Shown one piece after another: positions 56,798 through 64,000 of a stretch of DNA of 64,000 nt. Origin of the DNA: Laetmonice hystrix (lineage: Eukaryota); contig OZ249444.1 of assembly GCA_965235115.1 (NCBI GenBank), positions 20,522,001 through 20,586,000 on the forward strand, written 5' to 3'. How positions within the stretch are numbered: position 1 is the first letter of the stretch; every line of letters begins with the position of its first letter. The notes under the pieces were generated by a model. That model worked only from the letters and a program-made list of their open reading frames with translations, was not told the DNA's origin and did no database searches. Made by a program: the position numbers and the translations under genes.

Positions 56798-59700
56798 ATG
56801 TGGTGGCGACGGTCGCTGGTCGCCGCGACGGCCGTCTTGATCTGTGTGACGGGTTTCCTGCTGCACAACCCGGTGCCTGACGGAACAAGTGAGCCACACA
56901 AACTGCGCGTCCTTCAGGCGCCCTTCAAACTAACAGCCCTTCTCGTGAGTATAACGGGTAGAACTTTTGTGTAAGTTGGCCCCAAAACGCGACGTGACAG
57001 TCTTTACGTGACGTCTTTACCCAATCTAGTGTCATAATCATTTTTGAGGACGCCGGGATGGGCTCATCTTTGACAGGGATGGGCTAAAAACCAGACACCG
57101 TCTCACGACAGTCCACCGCTGAACAATTGAAAAATCAAGATACACCCCCTGTCCACACACTTTCCGTCGCCAGCATCTTCTATCCATTTGATCATGAATG
57201 TATCGCCCCCATGTAGCCCCAGTTTGTAACCTTGACAATCTCTCCGCATAGGGTGACCTCCTAGAACCGTATTTTGGGAGCAGGTTCCGCCTTTGCATCA
57301 TTCGGTTTATGATTAGCGTTGGACATGCGGTGAAGCCCAAGCCACCAGAGTACCCTAGCCTGACTGTGAGTACTAGGTCTTCCTCCTCTTCTCTCGTTAC
57401 CGTCCAGCACGGCGGAATTTGGAATCTTCTACATTGACCCATACCAACACTAGCAGGCCTTCGTATTTTCTTATTTTTTCCTTCAGTTGTAAACGTCATT
57501 TTACCCCTTGTGTTTTGCCTCAATCAATGAAGATTATCTTATAGTCAGATATTCTCAGTTTCGCAGATGCCAGTTGCCTGACATTATGTGTCCTTGTTTG
57601 TAGATCACCAATGCTACGTTTGACGGGGTCGCCGTGGTCGTGTACCAGCCCGATAACCTGCCCACGAACGGCCCCGGGTTAGTTTACTTTCATGGAGGAG
57701 GATGGTCGTTTGGAAGTACTGGTAAGAAATTCTGTGTGGCTACATGACAGTAAGCGCCATGCCCAAATCTGCCGCATTCTCGGAAGAATACGGTGAATTC
57801 GAAGAGAGGCTGCTGCTTTTTGTTATAGGCGTAGGAAGCTCTTTTTGGTTGGGGGGGGGGGGGGGGGGTAATCCATGCTCACCGTAGGAGGGCCTTGGCG
57901 GGGGTCTGGGCAGAAAATATTTTTGCAAGAATGCCGGAGACGCGTTTTCTGAGCATCTCGGAGAAAAAATCTCTCTCAAATCTATCAACAAAATTCCATC
58001 ATTGTTATACGTGATACATGACATGAAACCCGCCTTGACCAAGAAAGCACCCAAATGTTGGGGGTGGGGGTGGGGTGGGTGCTGAAACACACTTCAGCCC
58101 CCCCCCCCCCCACTTTTGATATTGCCCCCCTGCCCCCCGGTTCCTACGCCTATGTTTGTGGTTTGTGCTTTTCATCCAAGTTCCCCATCAAGCACTAGGC
58201 TATGTCTAGACATTTTATCCTCCATTGGGAGAGGGGCGGAAGGCCTTCACCAGACCCTCCCGGAAAGGCCGAATCTATCCGGTCTGATGATCGTAGATGG
58301 GCCCTGTTGTCAGAGCTATACCATGCGTGTTGACCTGTCCACGTGTGTCCTTACTCTTCCTGTCTGCTGGCTGTTTGCTGTACCTAAAGTGAGAGGACGT
58401 TGCTTCCACTACAGCCCTGTACGACGGTCACTTCAGGAGGTTCGCTCACCGTTTGACAGCTGTGGTCATCGCAGTCTCGTGAGTTTATAGTTACAGCCAA
58501 TCAGAAGCGTTAATTAAGCAAGATTATACGTTTAGGAAAAAAACGGCAAAAGGCAGAAAACGAAAATGTTCTTGACGCGTAGGCCCTATGTAAAGAAAGA
58601 GATCACAACTAAAATGTGGACAAGGAAGGGAGAAGATACTGCCCACTTAATATATGGTTTTGTTAGAATCTGATGAGCGGCATGTATATAGGCCTAGGCC
58701 TATAGGCCTATATTAGGCCTAACTGATGTGTGACGTCTGGTTTGGTTGTCGCTATCGTAATACTATTCCTTACGTCGCTGGATAGGTATCGCCTGTCACC
58801 GGAGAACTCATTTCCGGTTCCGTTAGACGACTGTCGCCGAGCCACTACTCACTTCCTGTCACGTGCCTCTGAGTTCGGAGTTGATGCCGATAGGGTTGCG
58901 GTAGCAGGTCTGTCTGTACACCTTCTTTTATATGATAGTAGGGCCTATTGTTGGCGTAGGGTACGCGTAACGGAAACTAAAGTGAATGTTTTCATTTTAT
59001 TTACTCTCAGCCGTTAAGTATCGGCATTTCATAAGTCAGAGATTGATCCGTTGATTGGTTGCAATGATTAAACATTTCACAAATCAAAGAATCATTTTTA
59101 CAATTACCAAATCACATTTCTGACTGATTTCCTTCAGGAGACAGCAGTGGTGGAAACCTAGCGGCTGCCGTGGCTATATCTCTACGGGATGAACACTTTT
59201 CTCCTCTTCCCAAACTCCAGGTTGGCCATTTATGTCAACAGTCGTCCCATGGGGTAAAATAAAAATGGTTCAGTGATGCCAGAAATTAATAAAAAGGTAG
59301 AAAGACGCCGTTAAATTCACATGTTCATGTATTGACTCGCCATAANNNNNNNNNNNNNNNNNNNNNNNNNNNNNNNNNNNNNNNNNNNNNNNNNNNNNNN
59401 NNNNNNNNNNNNNNNNNNNNNNNNNNNNNNNNNNNNNNNNNNNNNNNNNNNNNNNNNNNNNNNNNNNNNNNNNNNNNNNNNNNNNNNNNNNNGTTGCATG
59501 AATCATTCAGAATGATTTTGGATACAGGTGGCTCTGCTTGCAGGTGCTCATTTACCCCGCGTTACAAGCCGTCAACTTCCAGACGTTGTCATACATGCAG
59601 CACCAAAATAACGTCATTCTTCCACGACTTACGATGGTCTCCTGCTGGCTCTGGTACGCTTTCGGTCACGCCGAACAACGCGAGATTTTCCTCGAGAACG

Positions 59701-60101
59701 AGCACACGTCACCGGAGATTAAAGTTAATTTAAGCGCGAACTTCATCAATCCGGCCGATCTGTCTGAAGATTCCCTGACTCTAGATCATCACACTTTACG
59801 CGCCACTCACGGCAACAGTTCACTCTGGGCCGAGATAGAGACGTTGTTTATGAACCCGTTGTTCTCGCCCCTTCTCGCGAAGGACGTGAGCGGCCTTCCC
59901 GCGGCCTATATTTTGACAGTGGAGCAGGACGTATTGAGGGACGACGGTGTTTGGTTTGCGCGCCGCCTGGCGGAAGCGGGAGTTTTAGTTGAGCACAGTC
60001 ATTTAAAGAATGGATTTCACGGAATGCTCGCCTTTGACCGTTTACAGGACTCTAAGTCGGCCTTTGAGAGAATAATCTCGTTTGTAAAAGAAAACCTGTA
60101 G
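56798..60101 (+). CDS. Arylacetamide deacetylase / NCEH1-like HSL-family esterase, 401 aa
   Basis: Exons 56798-56944, 57252-57365, 57604-57721, 58415-58478, 58786-58907, 59138-59220, 59544-60101 (1206 nt). It has an N-terminal hydrophobic anchor, the oxyanion motif YFHGGGW, YRLSPE, the nucleophile GDSSGGNL, the acid residue in DVLRDDG and the catalytic His in HGM. Confidence 0.92.
57824..58154. mobile_element. G/C-run-rich hAT-like MITE with 5-bp TSD
   Basis: TTTGT|TATAGGCGTAGGAA ... TTCCTACGCCTATG|TTTGT; related to 19790-20178. Confidence 0.7.
59346..59491. other. Assembly gap (146 N) in intron 6 of the esterase gene
   Basis: Run of N; the flanking exons join in phase. Confidence 0.99.
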
Positions 60102-61288
60102 CTATACGGTACATTATGGTCCATAAATCCAAGCGCAGATTGTACCTTAAAATAATCTTTTCGGCTTTTAAAAACGTCGGTTTCAGGAATAAAATATGAG
60201 CAGCTAACGCTTTGATAAGCCATTGTCAACCTCGCAATTATAATAAATGTCATTGTTGTGACTGCATGGGTTGTAATCGCAATCCATTTGATTTTGAATG
60301 GATTCTAATTTACGGATAAACTACGAGGGGAGATGGATAAATATTGCTCATAGTGGTAGATTTACTGGCCTCATGGTGAATAACGAATTAGACGAGGGGC
60401 TTATTTCACTGAAAACATCTGATACTGGGAGAGAGGAACATTTCAGAAGGTGATATAGGCCCTCAGCCTAATTATGGGACTACACAAATTGTTTGCAAAA
60501 GAGCTCCGATTTATTGTCTTATCACCATGCTAATATTACAAGAAACACTTATGTAATGCTGACAAATATAGCAACATTGTATCGTAAAGCATATTATCCA
60601 ATATGACTAACGAGCGCTCACCATCTCTCATACACAGTCCCGGATCCAGCAGGGGGGGTCCCCCCTGGCGCCCCAAAGTGCCCTTCTTGGCTAACTTCTG
60701 CAGGTGCGGATCCAAGCGGTGGGGGGAGGGGTTGCAGGCACGTGCAGTCGGTGATGCTTTGACGTACATTTAATGGCTTAAACCAGCGACCAAGTCTACA
60801 TTATCATGTCAGGCGATTCTCTTTTCAGCGCGTGCGTAAAGCTGTGTAAGGACCAGTGTACTATAGTCTCGTCATCAGAACAGCTCTATGCTTATAGGCC
60901 TAGATATATCGACGCGTTTATATCGCCGCTTGAATGCACACGTCGAAGGTGGCTGGCGTTTTTTTAAAGTTCCGTTTCTTTCGCAAAAATCTCGCATTCC
61001 TTAAGAAGAAGTAGAGGAAGAAAAATATCATCCACATGCACTTGTGGGATTCCATGCCTACCATTAGTAAGACAGATCTACTCCAGAGTCAGTTCGCCGC
61101 TTCCCTCCGGACGAGGAACATAACAGAAAACTGACTGCGTCGGAACTGTATAGCCTACTATCGGAGCCTCATGAAGCGACTATAGGCATACATGTAGGCT
61201 AATAATGTATTAACAGTTTTTGAAAATGGCTGATCATAAAAGTTGGCTATAGCGTCCAACTTAACACGGCAAAACGTGTTTCCTATTT

Positions 61289-64000
61289 TCAAACAAACGG
61301 CATCGTCCCGTTCCAGTCCACTTCTGCACCTGCCCACCTGTAAAACGTTAATGTTTATTGATATATACTTGTGTTTGGAATTGAACATGTTTTAGTTTAA
61401 AAAAAGTGAAATCTAAAGAATCAAACAGGCCAAATTAAAATTTATGCCGTGTGGCATTAATCCCCTCAAGTGACAGAGACAGGAAACGCTACGCATATTG
61501 AGTAATGTAGACATAGTCCTAAGCAACAGCTAAATACTAGTAACATCTGGCTTATCTCATGAAAATACAGGAACATAGCACAAGAAGGCCTGCACCTTCC
61601 TTAGGGGGGGGGGGAGACATGCAAGTTACTTTGAAAAACTGGGACACTAGTAGCCATTGTCAGGAAAATGAAATACACGTATCAAGCTATATCCATTTAC
61701 CTTAAAGTTAAATGTGCGTCCATGCAGGATTGTGCGTTTGTGCGGCACGAATATATATAGGAGTGCATGTGATTACTAGCAGTAAACTATATCGTTACGA
61801 TATACGACAACAGGAAGATGATGAAGGAGGCCGACTTAAATCCTCGTTAAATTACATTCACGGTCAAGAAGCCTATGGCCCGAGGACTCACTTTGTTTTT
61901 ATACAAGAGTCAAGTGCAGGGACCTTGGGGTTGTCTTCACCCGAGGGGAGACCGAGACCAAGTTGAGCAGACCTACGGTGGTAACCCTGACGGGTCTCTA
62001 CAACAAGGTTACAAAAGGGGCGTGGTCAGGTGATGGGCGTGGTCAGGCGTTGGGCGCGGTCAGAGAGCGTGATTGACATATACCAACTGACATCGCCTCA
62101 TTTTGAAGGTATGGATAAATAGGTATAATTAGCTCACGACGCGCGCATGCATGTGAAACGGAAAGGACGTTGAGGTGTTAGGGTGAACCCATTCTGATGG
62201 GGTGATCGGGTTGAATGTGTAAATACTTATGTGTTACCGTGGTAACTGGCCGTTTTACATGATTCATGAAGCCACTTTTCCACGTTGATCTGGAGTAATT
62301 TCTCGGCGCTGTGTTACCAAACCTGACCAACTCGTGTTCGTATCTTTCGCTCAGATCCATTTCAGAGTAGGCCTATATAACTTCATGTTCATGACAGGAC
62401 CCACTTCTTGGGTGAGTGATATTAGTATTACTATAGTGAAATCTCAAACCAGGACTGATTCAAAACTGAAACCGGTTTCTGAAAGACTACATTTGCCGAT
62501 AATAATCTATCAGAAACCTTATCAAAGTTTTGATCCTCTGCTCAGATGTGAGATACATTGTAGTTCATTCCAGTGGGCCATGCAGTGGTGACTGGTTACG
62601 TGACTGACTTTCGCTCCAGGTGCCTACTTTAACTAACCACTCACTTGGTCCAGACGCACGATTCTAAAGCAGGCACCTTTTTCTCATCTTTGAAAAATCG
62701 GGCAGCGGCAACCTCGGCCTTTACATGTTTCTTACATTTTTGGCGGGTATCTGCAGTGGGCAAAGTATTTTACAATAAAATTGCGTCCTTTTATGTGTGG
62801 ACAACATATAAGGCCTATAGCTGGCGTATCGAAATAATCGCGATTAAAAGTTTCTCTTAACCTTAATCAACTCATCCCATGCACCAAATTTCCAAGCAAA
62901 TTATGTCATTGTGTCGACAATAGGATTAACGAGTTATAAAGCTTCAATTAGAAGAGGGGTAAGCAATCAGTTATACATCCTGCCCCCGTTCCGACACCCA
63001 TAGTAATTAGCCTACCGATGGTGAGCTTGGCGTCAACGGCCTGTGAGATGAGCCCGCTGTAGTAGTGCATGGTAAAGTGGTGCTCCTCCCGCCAGTTTGT
63101 GAGCAGGTCCTTGTTCAGACTGAACAGAACGCCGTAGTTACCATTCACCTGGGTCACCCAGATGGGATTCCGGGGGGTCTTCAGCATGCTACCCACCTGC
63201 AGGAGGTCAAACATAGGAGGAAGCTATAACTTGGCCAAGGTGACATGGACAGAACTCGATCAGTTATACTGACGTGGTGCATGGAGATATTCTGAGAGTA
63301 GGAACCTATACTTATAGCCAACGAGGCAGACACTAGCTTATAAAGTGCCGATATAGGCATATAGAGTTGGCGACGCTGCTCTTCCAGGAACAATTTTTAA
63401 AGTTTTTAACCCAATCCATGCCTTGGTCAAAGTTTACCTCAGTCCTTGTGAGGTCATCCTCTTCTTTATTCCAGTAGAGAAATCCCACATAGCCGCGGCA
63501 GTTTACACCTCTCTTTGGCTTCTCCTACAAAACTCAAGGCATAGACCGATCGGATGATTTAAAAACCTCACCAAATCTACGCCTACTCCCCCTCCCCACC
63601 TTTTTGTACGGACCTTGTTCATAACTGTTGGCCAAAAAAGCCCTATACAAAGGTCATTGCCCGATATGCTTGTATTCTTTCGACCAAGAAAAATTCTGCG
63701 CTATAGGCCTGTCCTTTTATCTCAAGACCTACGTCTCTTTTCCCTCCATGAAAAATACATTTCTTTTATCTTGGAACTGTGGGAAAAGTGACCTTTTGCG
63801 ACAAAGCAAACATCCATCATTATGCTAAAAAAAAAGAGCGCGCCTGAACTGACCAGTTTCTTTCCCTCATGGTCGTAATTCTGGGTACCGTTCTGGACTC
63901 CAGGAACGGCTTGACCAATCGTCATGAGGTTAATCAGGGCAACGGTGAGCTCCTCGTTTATCGTAATTAACTGGAAGTTTACATCCCCACAGTCGGCCTT
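61289..64000 (-). CDS. MINDY4B: MINDY4B-like (FAM188B2) probable inactive deubiquitinase, 3' part
   Basis: Exons >64000-63854, 63524-63438, 63196-63016, 62750-62645, 61337-61289. Sequence VGSMLKTPRNPIWVTQVNGNYGVLF...NWR...HYYSG...PALESCVWTKWAGAEVDWNGTMPFV* matches the MINDY3/4 C-terminus, with GNY in place of the catalytic SHF/SHY. Confidence 0.85.

Noticed and set aside
4622-64000. Co-location of ATG4, a UBZ helicase and MINDY4B as a ubiquitin-like-system cluster
   Set aside because: Animal genes are rarely clustered by function, and orientations and spacing are mixed. Conserved synteny would be needed.

Overview
Eukaryotic genomic DNA from an intron-rich animal, probably an invertebrate deuterostome such as an echinoderm (inferred from intron style, TAGGCCTA enrichment and MITE types). 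Five host genes could be reconstructed exon by exon with consistent splice phases. (1) ATG4 cysteine protease (+, 4622?-14798). (2) eIF2A (+, 22138-33748), with two consecutive minor-spliceosome (U12) introns. (3) A Strawberry-notch-family SF2 helicase-like gene (-, 48867-37222, 31 coding exons, 1279 aa), with an unusual C-terminal tail of PIP-like motif, NLS and UBZ4 zinc finger. (4) An AADAC/NCEH1-like esterase (+, 56798-60101). (5) The 3' end of a MINDY4B-like probable pseudo-deubiquitinase (-, >64000-61289). The left end holds the 5' part of an apparently young Ty3/Gypsy element (650-bp LTR, tRNA-Leu PBS, ~2-kb leader, open gag). Introns and intergenic DNA are full of non-autonomous DNA transposons (PIF/Harbinger-like, ISL2EU-like, piggyBac-like, hAT-like with 5/6-bp TSDs, HINE-like), several nested. 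They also carry tandem arrays, one of which multiplies a real splice donor about 12 times. No rRNA, tRNA or CRISPR was found. Most short ORFs in the ORF track are spurious or exon fragments. All homology calls come from motif recognition, not database searches.
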